Shown: positions 26,902 through 36,667 of the stretch, piece by piece
Layout of the letters: each line of letters begins with the position of its first letter
Numbering within the stretch: position 1 is the stretch's first letter
Assembly: GCA_045863855.1 (NCBI GenBank)
Contig: BTVV01000032.1
Span: 1-57,638, forward strand
Reading direction: 5' to 3'
Origin: Planctomycetota bacterium
GTDB taxonomy: Bacteria > Planctomycetota > SZUA-567 > H5-PLA8
Length of the DNA: 57,638 bases
Notes under the pieces: model-generated
What the model was told of the DNA's origin: nothing
The model's database searches: none
The model's input: only the letters and a program-made list of their open reading frames with translations
Made by a program: the position numbers and the translations under genes

Positions 26902-27996
26902 ATGCGCGCTTGCTGGTTGGGAATCCTGATCCTTGCCGGTTCGCTATCGGCCGCGGAACCGCCCCTCGACCCACTCGTCGAAGGACTCGGCGCCGACGAA
27001 CCCCAGGCGCGCGAGCGGTCGTACGAACAACTCGCCAAGCGCGGGCGCGAGGCGCTCCCGATTTTGCGCCGAGCCACCTACCACGCCAAGCACGAAGTCC
27101 GTTTCCGCGCCGAACAGCTCCTCGCCGAACTGGCCCCCAGCGAAGTCTGGAACGAAGAGTCGCGCAAGAAGCTGCGTGAAGCGAACGTCACGCTGCACCT
27201 GAAAGACCTGCCCCTCGCCGAGGCGCTCCAAGCGCTCGCGGCCCAGGCCGGCGTTCCGCTGCTGATCAGTCCGCACGTCGAAGCGCTGCTGAAGGCCGAG
27301 CCCCGGCGCGCGAACCTCGACGTGACCGCCTACGGCGCCGAACTCGCCCTGCGCCGCATCCTGGCCGATGCCAAGCTCTCCTACTCGCTCGTCTTTAACG
27401 CCGTCGTCGTCGAAGCCGGCGCCGGCTCGCAGGCCGCGCTCCAACGCGGCGTCCTCGACACCAAAGTCGGACCGCTGGCCTTCACCAACCGCCCGCTCCG
27501 CGAAGCGCTTCAGGAAGTCCACGGCGCTCTTGGCGCGGGGTTGGCTTTCGATCCCGAAGTCTTCAAGCGCGCGGACATCCAGAAGGCGGCCGTCACACTG
27601 ACCACTCAGCGCCCGCTGCGCCTCGAAGGCGTCTTGGCCATGCTGCTGGAAGGATACGATCTCGGCTACGCCTTCGACGAACGGCGGCTCTTCATCAGCA
27701 GCCGCGCCCGCGTCCAGAACGAACGCCTCGCGCGCACCTACGAACTGCAAGGCCTGCTCAACTCGCTCCTCAAACGCCGCGGCGATGCCGCGCAGCAACT
27801 GGTGGCCGAGGCGCTGCGCGAGAGCCTCGATCCCTTAAGTTGGGAGCAAGGCGCCGCCCTGAATTGGAAAGCCGAAGGCGAACTCGTCGTCACGCAGGGA
27901 CTCGCCACCCATGCGCGCATCGAAGCCTATTTGAAACTCTTGCAGAAGGTGGAAGGCACGCTCAACGAGCCCTCCGGCGAGTACATGGAATTCTAA
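26902..27996 (+). CDS. Secreted hypothetical protein with HEAT-like module and two STN/secretin-N-like domains
   Basis: Signal peptide; LGADEPQARERSYEQL; VTLHLKDLPLAEALQALAAQAGV and LAFTNRPLREALQEV repeats; RTYEL...LVVTQGLATHARIEAYLKLL. Confidence 0.65.
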   Translation: MRACWLGILILAGSLSAAEPPLDPLVEGLGADEPQARERSYEQLAKRGREALPILRRATYHAKHEVRFRAEQLLAELAPSEVWNEESRKKLREANVTLHLKDLPLAEALQALAAQAGVPLLISPHVEALLKAEPRRANLDVTAYGAELALRRILADAKLSYSLVFNAVVVEAGAGSQAALQRGVLDTKVGPLAFTNRPLREALQEVHGALGAGLAFDPEVFKRADIQKAAVTLTTQRPLRLEGVLAMLLEGYDLGYAFDERRLFISSRARVQNERLARTYELQGLLNSLLKRRGDAAQQLVAEALRESLDPLSWEQGAALNWKAEGELVVTQGLATHARIEAYLKLLQKVEGTLNEPSGEYMEF

Positions 27997-28059
27997 GCAC
28001 GCCTGACGGCATCCGGCGGCGTGACCGAAGAACCCGCCGTCTCCGGCGGCCATGGGCCC

Positions 28060-30630
28060 CTACGCCCAGGTAATCAGCCCCGGCACATACGGGTTGCTCA
28101 TATTCGCATGGCGCGGAATCACCCGCACCGCGAACCCGAAGCGCCCGGCCTCCTGCCCGTCCACGCGGCTGCGGAACAAATGGAAGCCCTCGCCCAGCGC
28201 CGCGCCGGAATCGCGAATCATGCTCAGCGCCTTGCCGCGCACGATCTGGCCCTGGTCGTTCAGCGGACCCACGAAGACCTGCACGTCCACCCAATCCGGC
28301 TTGATCGGGCCCAGATGCACCCGCGCCACGATGTCCAGCGCGCTGCCCACCGCGATCTCCCCGTTCGCCGGAGTCTGCACTTCTTCGATGCGGATCTGCG
28401 CCCACTTCTGGAACAGCGTCATCTTCCAGTCCCACAGATCCCGCGCGGCCTGGCAGTGGTCGCGCGTCATCTCCGCCCAGCGTTCGCCCGACGGCAGGTA
28501 GAACTTCTGCGCGTAATCGCGGACCATGCGGTGCGTGCTGAACGTCGGGATGCACGTCTGCATCGTGCGCTTCATGCGCTTGATCCAGGCGCGCGGCAAT
28601 TCGTCGCGCCCGCGCTGGAAAAACTCCTGCACCACCTGCTTCTCCAGCAAGTCGTACAGCGCGCGGCTCTCTACGTTGTCCTGATACTGTTCGTCTTCGT
28701 AGTCCTCGCCCGCCCCGATTGCCCAGCCGTTCGTCCCGTCGTAGCCTTCGCACCACCAGCCGTCCAGGATGCTGCAATTCAGCACCCCGTTGGCCGCGGC
28801 CTTCATCCCGCTCGTCCCGCTCGCTTCGTGCGGGCGCCGAGGCGTGTTCAGCCACACGTCCACGCCCTGCACCAGAAACCGCGCGGTCGTGATGTCGTAA
28901 TCTTCCAGGAAGACGATGTGCTTCCGGAAGCGCTCCTCGCGAGCGAACTTCACGATCTTCTGGATAAACGCCTTGCCCGCGTCGTCCTTCGGGTGCGCCT
29001 TGCCCGCGAATAAGATCTGCACCGGGCGGTCCTTCATGTTCAGCAGCGCAGCCAGCCGGTCCGGATCGTGGAACAGCAGCGTCGCGCGCTTGTACGTCGC
29101 GAAACGCCGAGCGAACCCGATCGTCAGCGCTTCCGGATCCAGCAGCTCGTCCGCTTCTTCGATCTCCCGCGGCCCCGCCCCGCGCTTCGTCAACTGCTGC
29201 TTCACGCGCTTGCGCGCCCACGACACCAGGTTCGCGCGGCAGCGTTCGTGCACGCGCCACAGTTCGCCGTCGGGCAGCAGTTCCGGACCGTTCCACTTGC
29301 GGTCTTCTTCGGCCGCTTCGTAGCTCCAGCGCGCGCCCGCATAGCGCACGAACAGCTCGTTCAGCGGATCGCTCACGTAGCTGCGCACGTGGACGCCGTT
29401 GGTGATGTGGTCGATCGGCAGGTCGTGCTCCGGCACTTCCGGCCAGATCCCCTGCCACATCCGCCGGCTCACCTCCCCGTGCAGCGCCGATACGCCGTTG
29501 CTTCCGCCGGCCGTCTTCAGCGCCAGCACCGCCATGCTGAACGGCTCCTGTTCGTCGTGCGGATACTGCCGACCCATCGCCAGGAACGTGCGCCGGTCGA
29601 TCCCCAGCTTCTTGAACCACGAACCGAAAAATCGGTCGATCAAGTCCGTCCCGAAGCGGTCGATCCCCGCGGGCACCGGCGTATGCGTCGTGAATACGTT
29701 CCCCGCGATCACCGCCTCGCGCGCCTGCTCGAACGAAAGCTTGTGCTCCTCCATCAGCGTCCGGATCCGCTCCACCGCCAGGAACGCGCTGTGCCCTTCG
29801 TTCATGTGGCAGACGTCCGGATCCAGCCCCAGCGCCCGCAGCGCGCGCAGGCCGCCGATCCCCAGCGCCAGCTCCTGCATGAAGCGGTGCTCGTAGTTGC
29901 CGCCGTAAAGCTGGTCGGTGAACGATCGGTCTTCCGCGCGGTTCTGGTCGATCTTGCTGTCCAGCAGGTACAGCGAGACGCGCCCGATCCGCACCCGCCA
30001 GACCTGGAACCACACCTCCCGGTCGGGGTTGGGCAACTGCACCGAGACGCGCACCGGCTGCCCCTGCGCGTCTTTCTCCAGCGTCGCCGGCATGCTGTGG
30101 AATTCGTTCGGCGCCAAGTACTCCTGCTGCCAGCCGTCCGCGTTGAGATACTGGCGGCAGTAGCCGTTGTAGTAAGCCAGACCCACGCCCACGAGCGGCA
30201 GGCCCAGGCCCGAGGCGCTCTTGAGGTGGTCGCCGGCCAGCAGCCCCAAGCCGCCCGAATACACCGGGAGGCATTCGTGCAGGCCGAACTCCGCCGAAAA
30301 ATACGCGATGCGATGCCGCGGCCGGTCCCCGATCGCCTGGTCGTACCACGTCTTCGCGCTCAGGTAATCGCGCAGGCTGTCGTGCACGCGTTCCAGATGA
30401 GCCAGAAAGCCGTCGTCCTGCGCCAGCTCGGCCAAGCGCTTCTGGCTCGTCCGGCCCAGCAGCGCCACCGGGTTATGCCCGCACGCCGCCCACAAGTTCC
30501 CGTCGATGCGCACGAACAGTTCCCGCGCATCCTGGTTCCACGTCCACCACAAGTTGTACGCGATCTCGCGTAACGCCTCGACGGGCTTGGGAAGCAAGGG
30601 CACCACGGTAAAAGGGCGAACGACGCGCAT
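28060..30630 (-). CDS. glgP: Alpha-glucan (glycogen/starch) phosphorylase
   Basis: IAYFSAEFG, YSGGLGLLAGDHLKSAS, HMNEGH, FTTHTPVPAG, FARRFATYKRA, EASGTSGMKAAANG (PLP lysine). Confidence 0.97.
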   Translation of the reverse strand: MRVVRPFTVVPLLPKPVEALREIAYNLWWTWNQDARELFVRIDGNLWAACGHNPVALLGRTSQKRLAELAQDDGFLAHLERVHDSLRDYLSAKTWYDQAIGDRPRHRIAYFSAEFGLHECLPVYSGGLGLLAGDHLKSASGLGLPLVGVGLAYYNGYCRQYLNADGWQQEYLAPNEFHSMPATLEKDAQGQPVRVSVQLPNPDREVWFQVWRVRIGRVSLYLLDSKIDQNRAEDRSFTDQLYGGNYEHRFMQELALGIGGLRALRALGLDPDVCHMNEGHSAFLAVERIRTLMEEHKLSFEQAREAVIAGNVFTTHTPVPAGIDRFGTDLIDRFFGSWFKKLGIDRRTFLAMGRQYPHDEQEPFSMAVLALKTAGGSNGVSALHGEVSRRMWQGIWPEVPEHDLPIDHITNGVHVRSYVSDPLNELFVRYAGARWSYEAAEEDRKWNGPELLPDGELWRVHERCRANLVSWARKRVKQQLTKRGAGPREIEEADELLDPEALTIGFARRFATYKRATLLFHDPDRLAALLNMKDRPVQILFAGKAHPKDDAGKAFIQKIVKFAREERFRKHIVFLEDYDITTARFLVQGVDVWLNTPRRPHEASGTSGMKAAANGVLNCSILDGWWCEGYDGTNGWAIGAGEDYEDEQYQDNVESRALYDLLEKQVVQEFFQRGRDELPRAWIKRMKRTMQTCIPTFSTHRMVRDYAQKFYLPSGERWAEMTRDHCQAARDLWDWKMTLFQKWAQIRIEEVQTPANGEIAVGSALDIVARVHLGPIKPDWVDVQVFVGPLNDQGQIVRGKALSMIRDSGAALGEGFHLFRSRVDGQEAGRFGFAVRVIPRHANMSNPYVPGLITWA

Positions 30631-31004
30631 CGGCGAAGGTCCTCGCGGCTGAACGGGCCACTCTAAGAAGGGTGTTTCCGGGTAGCGTTATCGAAGGGAA
30701 CCCGAGCCTTGTCAACCACCCGGCTAGGTTTGCCCAGCCGCAAGGCGCGCGCTAAGGTCCGCCATGGACTCTATTTGAACATCCTGCGCAGCCTTGGCCA
30801 TTTTAGCCGCACAAAACCGCCGGCCGCCTAGGACACCACCTACCGCCAGCGTCCCCACCGGCGGCCCCACCGGCGGCCTGAACCCGCACCATCCGTTTCA
30901 AGTTTTAAGTTTGATGTGGCCGTTGAATGTGACCGTTGAATCTTGCCGTTTGATGTTTGCAACTTGTTGGGTTCTTCGCGTTTGCCGTTTCTAACTCCAG
31001 CCCC

Positions 31005-31337
31005 CTACGCCCTCTTGCCCCGCCAAGCCCAAAGCAACACCACCGCTTCCACCATGCTGAACGCCAACGTAATCGCCAAACGCACGTCCACTCCGTCCGA
31101 TCGGCTCTTGTTCGCGAAAAAGCCGCCCACGAAGACCACCACCAGCGCCGCGACGATCAATCCCGCTGTGCGCTTCTCCTTAAAGAAGAGTCCCGCCGCC
31201 GCCACGCCCAGCGCGCCCATCACCACCCCGAACCACAACGCCGCCTGGCTTCCCGCCTCGACGTAGCGCCACACCCCGCCGGCTATCACCCACAAGCCGT
31301 AGGCCGCCGTGACACCCGCTGCCGCTTTCAGATTCAT
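31005..31337 (-). CDS. Small membrane protein, TMEM14-like
   Basis: Four hydrophobic segments; YGLWVIAGGVWRYVEAGSQAALWFG resembles the TMEM14 YG...GG..GY...GS..SL..G pattern. Confidence 0.6.
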   Translation of the reverse strand: MNLKAAAGVTAAYGLWVIAGGVWRYVEAGSQAALWFGVVMGALGVAAAGLFFKEKRTAGLIVAALVVVFVGGFFANKSRSDGVDVRLAITLAFSMVEAVVLLWAWRGKRA

Positions 31338-31355
31338 GAGCGCAATCGATCGCCT

Positions 31356-32417
31356 TTAGGCCCGAGCCAGCCCGTTCCACGCGCCGTCGTTGGCCAACCG
31401 CTCGCCCACCTTCACGCCGAACAGGAGTTCCAGCGTCGCGAAGAGTTCCGGCGCCGCCGCGTAAACCTCGCGCACCGCCTGCCGGCATGCGGCCACCCCC
31501 GGAGCGCTCAGTCTGCCCAGCGGCGCGCGGCTGAACCCCGCCGGCAGCCCCAGCCCGTTCATCATCGCCTTCACCGCCAGCGGATTCGGGAACTTGTCCT
31601 GCACCTCCACCGTCGCGCCGCCCGGAATCGAACGCTTGGACGTCACGGGGCAGACCACCAGCTTGAAGATCGGGGCGAGCTTCCGGCCCAGGTCGCCGGC
31701 CGTGGCCGCGTCGCCGCTGCGCTGAGCGTGCACCATCTTGCGCACCGCGCCCGGCAGCAGGTTCGTCATCACCGAGATCACGCCGCACGCGCCGATCTGG
31801 GGATCTTGCATCATCGCCAGCGTCAGGTCGTCGTCGCCGCTGAAGATGCCCAGGGTTGGGCCGGCCAGCGCGCGGTCCTGCCGCATCCGCTCCAGGTCGC
31901 CGGTGGCCTGCTTCACCGCGGGAACGCGCTGCGGGTGCTGCCGGTGCAGAATCGCCAGGTCGGCCGCGGACAACGCCGTGACGCTCCGCCCCGGAATCAC
32001 GTACGGCACCAGCGGGATCTCCGGCACCCAGTGCAGTACGCGCTCGTAGTACTCGGTGCGCAGCTCCAGGCTCGAAGGCTTGTTGTAGTAGCAATCGACC
32101 AGCAGCGCCGCGTCGGCCCCGGCCTCGCGCGCGTGCTTCGTCGCCGCGATCGCTTCGTCCGTGCAGTTGCTTCCCGTTCCGGCCAGGATCGACGCCTTGC
32201 CTCCGGCGGTGCGGATCGCCACCTCGATCGCTTCGTTGTGCTCGTCCCAGCTCAACGTCGGCGACTCCCCTGTCGTCCCGCACGGCACCAGCCCGTCGAT
32301 CCTTTCGGCGAGCTGGTATTCGATCAGCTTGCGGTACGCGTCGATATCCAGCTTGCCTTGACGGTCGAAGGGCGTGACGAGCGCCGTCCACGCTCCGGCG
32401 GCTGTAAACGATCCCAT
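31356..32417 (-). CDS. dapA: 4-hydroxy-tetrahydrodipicolinate synthase
   Basis: TALVTPF, GTTGESPTL, AGTGSN, YYNKP, PGR, Schiff-base Lys in VKQA, SGDD. ATG 32417 follows GAGGAG. Confidence 0.88.
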   Translation of the reverse strand: MGSFTAAGAWTALVTPFDRQGKLDIDAYRKLIEYQLAERIDGLVPCGTTGESPTLSWDEHNEAIEVAIRTAGGKASILAGTGSNCTDEAIAATKHAREAGADAALLVDCYYNKPSSLELRTEYYERVLHWVPEIPLVPYVIPGRSVTALSAADLAILHRQHPQRVPAVKQATGDLERMRQDRALAGPTLGIFSGDDDLTLAMMQDPQIGACGVISVMTNLLPGAVRKMVHAQRSGDAATAGDLGRKLAPIFKLVVCPVTSKRSIPGGATVEVQDKFPNPLAVKAMMNGLGLPAGFSRAPLGRLSAPGVAACRQAVREVYAAAPELFATLELLFGVKVGERLANDGAWNGLARA

Positions 32418-32539
32418 GGCCTGCTCCTCGAGAATGCGGGCGCACCGCGACGGCTTGAATGGCAAAAACCCGGACGAACGGCCCGAGTGCTACGGCGGAA
32501 TACGCAGGATAAACTTCGCGCGGAACTACGGCGCGTCCG

Positions 32540-32833
32540 TTACTCGGCTTGAGGCGCGTCCGCCGGTTTAGGCGCCGCGGCGGCCGGCTTCGCAACGGCG
32601 GCCGGTTTGGGCGCGGCGGCGGGCGCCGGAGGCGGCGCGTCTTTCTGCTTCAGCTTGATCCAGCCCAGCCCCTGCACCGGCGGGCGCGTCTGGAACAGGA
32701 TCGCCGCGGCCTTCGCGCCTTCGAACGCCTTCTCGGCCTTCGCCAAGTCGGTGTAATCCGCGCGGTCCGGAGGCAAGCCCCGGTGCTTGTAGGTGCAGAC
32801 GCACCAACCGATCTCTTCTTCCTGGTCGGCCAT
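32540..32833 (-). CDS. Small hypothetical protein with Pro/Ala/Lys-rich tail
   Basis: GGGAG RBS before ATG 32833; host-like codon usage; MADQEEEIGWCVCTYKHRGLPPDRADY... Confidence 0.6.
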   Translation of the reverse strand: MADQEEEIGWCVCTYKHRGLPPDRADYTDLAKAEKAFEGAKAAAILFQTRPPVQGLGWIKLKQKDAPPPAPAAAPKPAAVAKPAAAAPKPADAPQAE

Positions 32834-33074
32834 GCACGGACTCCCAACGTAAGCTGTAGCCACGCGGCGCCATGAGCGCCGCCGGCCGACCAAGATACGC
32901 CACCCCGGCGCGACTGTCCACCGCCGGTGGAACCGCGCCTAAGTCTTTACAGGGCTCGCCAAGGGCCGCTCGAAATCGCATGGGACCGCGGCAGCGCGCG
33001 GACCGGCCACCGCCCCCAGATCGCACGCCCCCAATCCAATACCGGCAATCCCACCGCCCCTCCCCGCAAGGTCT

Positions 33075-33102
33075 TTGACTTGCCCCCGCCGCGTACTAAT
33101 CT
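33075..33102 (+). promoter_or_regulatory. Putative sigma-70 promoter of gap
   Basis: TTGACT-N16-TAATCT ~97 nt upstream of the gap ATG. Confidence 0.5.
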
Positions 33103-33198
33103 TACCCGCTTGCCCGGGTCGCGTTTTCCGGCCCTGTACCACCCGTGGCATTTCAACTTAGGGGCCGCACGGAAGCTTTACGCAGGAGAAGAACTCAG

Positions 33199-34215
33199 AT
33201 GGGCATCAAGGTAGCGATCAACGGCTTCGGGCGCATCGGGCGGCTCTTGTTCCGCGTCATCGCGCAGCGCAGCAACTTCGAAATCATGGCCATCAACGAC
33301 CTCGGCGACGCTCCCACGCTCGCCCACATGCTCCGCTACGACAGCGTGCACAAGCAATTCCCCGGCACCGTCGCCGCAGACGGCAACAACCTCGTCGTCA
33401 ACGGCAAGAAGATTCCCGTCCTCGCCGCACGCAGCCCCAAGGAACTCCCCTGGAAGGACCTCGGCGTCGAGATCGCCTGCGAATGCACCGGCATCTTCAC
33501 CGCCAAGGAAAGCCCCAAGGGCGGCTACGGCGACCACCTTCTCGCCGGCGCCAAGAAGATTCTCCTCAGCGCTCCCGCCAAGGACAAGATCGACGCCACC
33601 ATCGTACTGGGCGTCAACCAGGGACAGCTCAAGGCCGAGCATAAGACCTTCAGCAACGCGAGCTGCACCACCAACTGCACCGCGCCCGTCATGAAGGTGC
33701 TCCACGACAAGTTCGGCATCGCCAAGGGCATGGTCACCACCATCCACGCCTACACCAACGACCAGCGCATCAGCGACCTCGTCCACAGCGACCTGCGCCG
33801 CGCCCGCGCCGCCGCCTGCAACATCATCCCCACCACCACCGGCATGTCGAAGGCCATCGGCGCCGTCATCCCCGACCTTCTCGGCAAGATCGAAGGTGTC
33901 TCGTTCCGCGTCCCCGTGCCGGACGGCAGCCTCATCGACTGCTCGCTCCAGCTCAACACCGACGTCACCAAGGAAGAAGTCAACGCCGCGCTCAAGGCCG
34001 CCAGCGCCGGACCGATGAAGGGCATCCTCGACTACACGGAAGACCCCATCGTCAGCAGCGATATCGTCGGCAACCCGCACTCCAGCATCATCGACGCCGA
34101 CCTCACCGCCGTCCTCGACAAGCGCACCGTCAAGGTGGTGAGCTGGTACGACAACGAGTGGGGTTTCTCGAACCGCATGGCCGACCTGATCGAACTCGCC
34201 CACAAGCTGGGTTGA
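33199..34215 (+). CDS. gap: Type I glyceraldehyde-3-phosphate dehydrogenase
   Basis: INGFGRIGR, NASCTTNC, SWYDNEWG; AGGAG RBS before ATG 33199. Confidence 0.98.
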   Translation: MGIKVAINGFGRIGRLLFRVIAQRSNFEIMAINDLGDAPTLAHMLRYDSVHKQFPGTVAADGNNLVVNGKKIPVLAARSPKELPWKDLGVEIACECTGIFTAKESPKGGYGDHLLAGAKKILLSAPAKDKIDATIVLGVNQGQLKAEHKTFSNASCTTNCTAPVMKVLHDKFGIAKGMVTTIHAYTNDQRISDLVHSDLRRARAAACNIIPTTTGMSKAIGAVIPDLLGKIEGVSFRVPVPDGSLIDCSLQLNTDVTKEEVNAALKAASAGPMKGILDYTEDPIVSSDIVGNPHSSIIDADLTAVLDKRTVKVVSWYDNEWGFSNRMADLIELAHKLG

Positions 34216-34331
34216 TGCCGTTCCGCGGTCCGCGGGCGGCCGGAACCACCGGCCGCCTGCGGGCTTCAGCCGTACCGGCGTAGACGCAACGTGCCGCGGT
34301 CTGCCTCCGTCTACTGGAAAAGGAGCCCGAC

Positions 34332-34985
34332 ATGAGCGCCCCCAAGAAGACGATCGTCGCCCCCTCGATCCTCTCCGCCGACTTCACCCGACTGAAGGAC
34401 GAACTCCAGGCCATCGAAGCCGCCGGCGCCGACTGGGTTCACGTCGATATCATGGACGGCCACTTCGTCCCCAACCTCACCATGGGGCCGTTCATCGTCG
34501 AAGCCTTCAACAAGCTCACCGACCTCCCGCTCGACTGCCACCTGATGATCCAGCAGCCCGAGCGCTACGTGGAACGCTTCGTCAAGGCCGGCGCCGATTG
34601 GATCAGCGTGCACCCCGAAGCCGAAGGCAATCCGCGCCTGGCCCTCGAAATCGCCAAGAAGCACGGCGCCAAAGCAGCCATGGCTCTCAAGCCCGCCACC
34701 GCCGTATGGGCCGCCGACGGCGTCAAAGACCTCATTGAAATGCTCCTGATCATGACCGTCAATCCCGGCTTCAGCGGCCAGGAGATGATGACGCACTGCC
34801 TCTCGAAGTACGCCGAAGCGCGCGCGAGATTCGGGCCCGATCTGCTTCTCGAAATCGACGGCGGCGTCAAGGCCAGCAACGTCGCCGCCGTACGCGAAGC
34901 CGGCGTCCAGGTCATCGTCGCCGCCACCGCCGTCTTCGGAGAACGCGACTACACCGCCGCCATCCGCGGCCTGCGCGGCAACTGA
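34332..34985 (+). CDS. rpe: Ribulose-phosphate 3-epimerase
   Basis: APSILSADF, HVDIMDGHFVPNLT, MTVNPGFSGQ, EIDGG. Confidence 0.98.
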   Translation: MSAPKKTIVAPSILSADFTRLKDELQAIEAAGADWVHVDIMDGHFVPNLTMGPFIVEAFNKLTDLPLDCHLMIQQPERYVERFVKAGADWISVHPEAEGNPRLALEIAKKHGAKAAMALKPATAVWAADGVKDLIEMLLIMTVNPGFSGQEMMTHCLSKYAEARARFGPDLLLEIDGGVKASNVAAVREAGVQVIVAATAVFGERDYTAAIRGLRGN

Positions 34986-35056
34986 TCGCCGACCGCACCG
35001 GGCACCGGCAAACCGAAGTCGCCGTCGCCGTGAACTGGAAACTGGAAACCGTACCC

Positions 35057-36043
35057 ATGGCCTTAACCGGAAGACGCGCCGCTACCGAATCCCGCGCCAG
35101 CGGGCGGCGCAACGTCCAGACCGAGTCCCAGTTCCGCAAGTGCGGCAACGCCGAATGCGGAGCCACGCTCTTTGTCGGCGACATCGAACGACATCACGAT
35201 TGCTGCAAGGACTGCGGCTACCACTTCCGCGTCGGTTCGCGCCGCCGCGCCGAACTCACCGTCGATCCCGGCTCCTGGGTCGAACTCTTCGACCACCTCG
35301 AAACGATCGATCCGCTCCAGTTCAGCGGGCGCAAGTCGTACCTCAAGAGCATCGAAGAGGGCATCGCCAAGTCGGGCGAGAAAGAAGCCGTCATCTGCGG
35401 CGAAAGCACGCTCGAAGGCCGCCCGCTCGTCTTCTGCGCCATGGACTTCCAGTTCATCGGCGCCTCGATGGGCTCCGTCGTCGGAGAAAAGATCGCCCGC
35501 GCCATCGAACACGCCACCGAACGGCGCTGGCCCGTCGTCATCTCCTGCTGCTCCGGCGGAGCGCGCATGCAGGAAGGCGCGCTCTCGCTCATGCAGATGG
35601 TCAAAACCAGCGCCGCGCTGCAGCGCCACAACGAGGCCGGACTCCCCTACATCACCATCCTCACCGATCCGACCCTCGCCGGCGTCTCCGCCAGCTTCGC
35701 CTTCCTCGCCGACGTCATCATCGGCGAACCCGGCGCGATGATCGGCTTCACCGGCGCGCGCGTCATCGAACAGACGATCAAGGTCAAGCTGCCCGAAGGC
35801 TTCCAGACCGCCGAGTTCCTGCTCAAATACGGGCAGATCGATATGGTCGTCCCGCGCAAGGACATGCGCGGCACCCTTGCGCGCATCCTCGGCTACGCCG
35901 AACGCACGGCCGGGAAAGCGGCAACGCCGCCGGAGCGCGAAACCGCCGTGGCCGCCGTCGCGCGCAAAGCACCCGCCGCCGCACCGAACCGCACCACCAA
36001 AGCGGCCCCCGCCAAACCGAAGCCCACACGCAAGAAGCGCTGA
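35057..36043 (+). CDS. accD: Acetyl-CoA carboxylase carboxyltransferase beta subunit
   Basis: N-terminal Cys zinc ribbon, MDFQFIGASMGSVVGEKI, SGGARMQEG, IGFTGARVIEQT, FQTAEFLL. Confidence 0.96.
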   Translation: MALTGRRAATESRASGRRNVQTESQFRKCGNAECGATLFVGDIERHHDCCKDCGYHFRVGSRRRAELTVDPGSWVELFDHLETIDPLQFSGRKSYLKSIEEGIAKSGEKEAVICGESTLEGRPLVFCAMDFQFIGASMGSVVGEKIARAIEHATERRWPVVISCCSGGARMQEGALSLMQMVKTSAALQRHNEAGLPYITILTDPTLAGVSASFAFLADVIIGEPGAMIGFTGARVIEQTIKVKLPEGFQTAEFLLKYGQIDMVVPRKDMRGTLARILGYAERTAGKAATPPERETAVAAVARKAPAAAPNRTTKAAPAKPKPTRKKR

Positions 36044-36180
36044 ACCCATAAGCTAGCTGGCGCGCAGGACCGCTTTCTGACAGAATGTTTCGGCGCACGG
36101 GGGCGTGCGGCGTATTATGTCCAAGGCCACTTCTAACGAGCGGCTGCAACGGGTCGGACCGGGGTCTGGCGGAACGTTCC

Positions 36181-36531
36181 ATGGAGATTCAAAAGGTCAA
36201 GGATATCGTCTTCCTGCGCCTCACCGGCGAAGACCTCTCCAATCCTCAAGCCACCTCCGAAATCGTCGAAGAACTGCTCACCACCGACGGCGAACGTAAA
36301 TTCGTCGCCGACCTCAGCGCCGTCGAACAAATCACCTCGCTTCAAGTCGGCGCCGTCGTCACCCTCCACCTGCTCTGCTACGAAAACCTGGCCATCCTCA
36401 AGCTCGCCGGCGTCCACGAACGCGTCAAGACCGTCATGCGCCTCGTCGGCCTCGACAAGATCATGGAAATGCACCACGGCGCCGAAGTCGCCAAGTTCTC
36501 CTTCGGCGAAAGCTCCGACAAAAACGGCTGA
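36181..36531 (+). CDS. STAS domain protein (anti-sigma factor antagonist-like)
   Basis: IVFLRLTGE, FVADLSAVEQITSLQVG, LKLAGVHERVKTVMRLVGLDKI. Confidence 0.85.
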   Translation: MEIQKVKDIVFLRLTGEDLSNPQATSEIVEELLTTDGERKFVADLSAVEQITSLQVGAVVTLHLLCYENLAILKLAGVHERVKTVMRLVGLDKIMEMHHGAEVAKFSFGESSDKNG

Positions 36532-36596
36532 CCCCGGCCCCGGTATCGCGCGCCTCTCGCGCGCCAATCGTCTCGCGCAAGCCCCCCGCCGGCCTA

Positions 36597-36625
36597 TTGT
36601 TCCCGACCCGCCTTCGTGCCATAAT
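36597..36625 (+). promoter_or_regulatory. Putative sigma-70 promoter (extended -10)
   Basis: TTGTTC-N17-CATAAT with TG upstream of the -10, 42 nt before ATG 36668. Confidence 0.45.
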
Positions 36626-36667
36626 GCCCGCTCGCGGCAAACGGCTCTCTTTTGAGGCACGCCGGCC

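Noticed and set aside
20812..30573. Long ORFs overlapping A2M and glgP (503, 854, 604, 795, 501 aa)
   Set aside because: Typical stop-poor antisense or alternate frames of high-GC genes, with no motifs.
30687..30715. TTGACA upstream of glgP
   Set aside because: Perfect -35, but no convincing -10 at 16-18 nt spacing, so not called.
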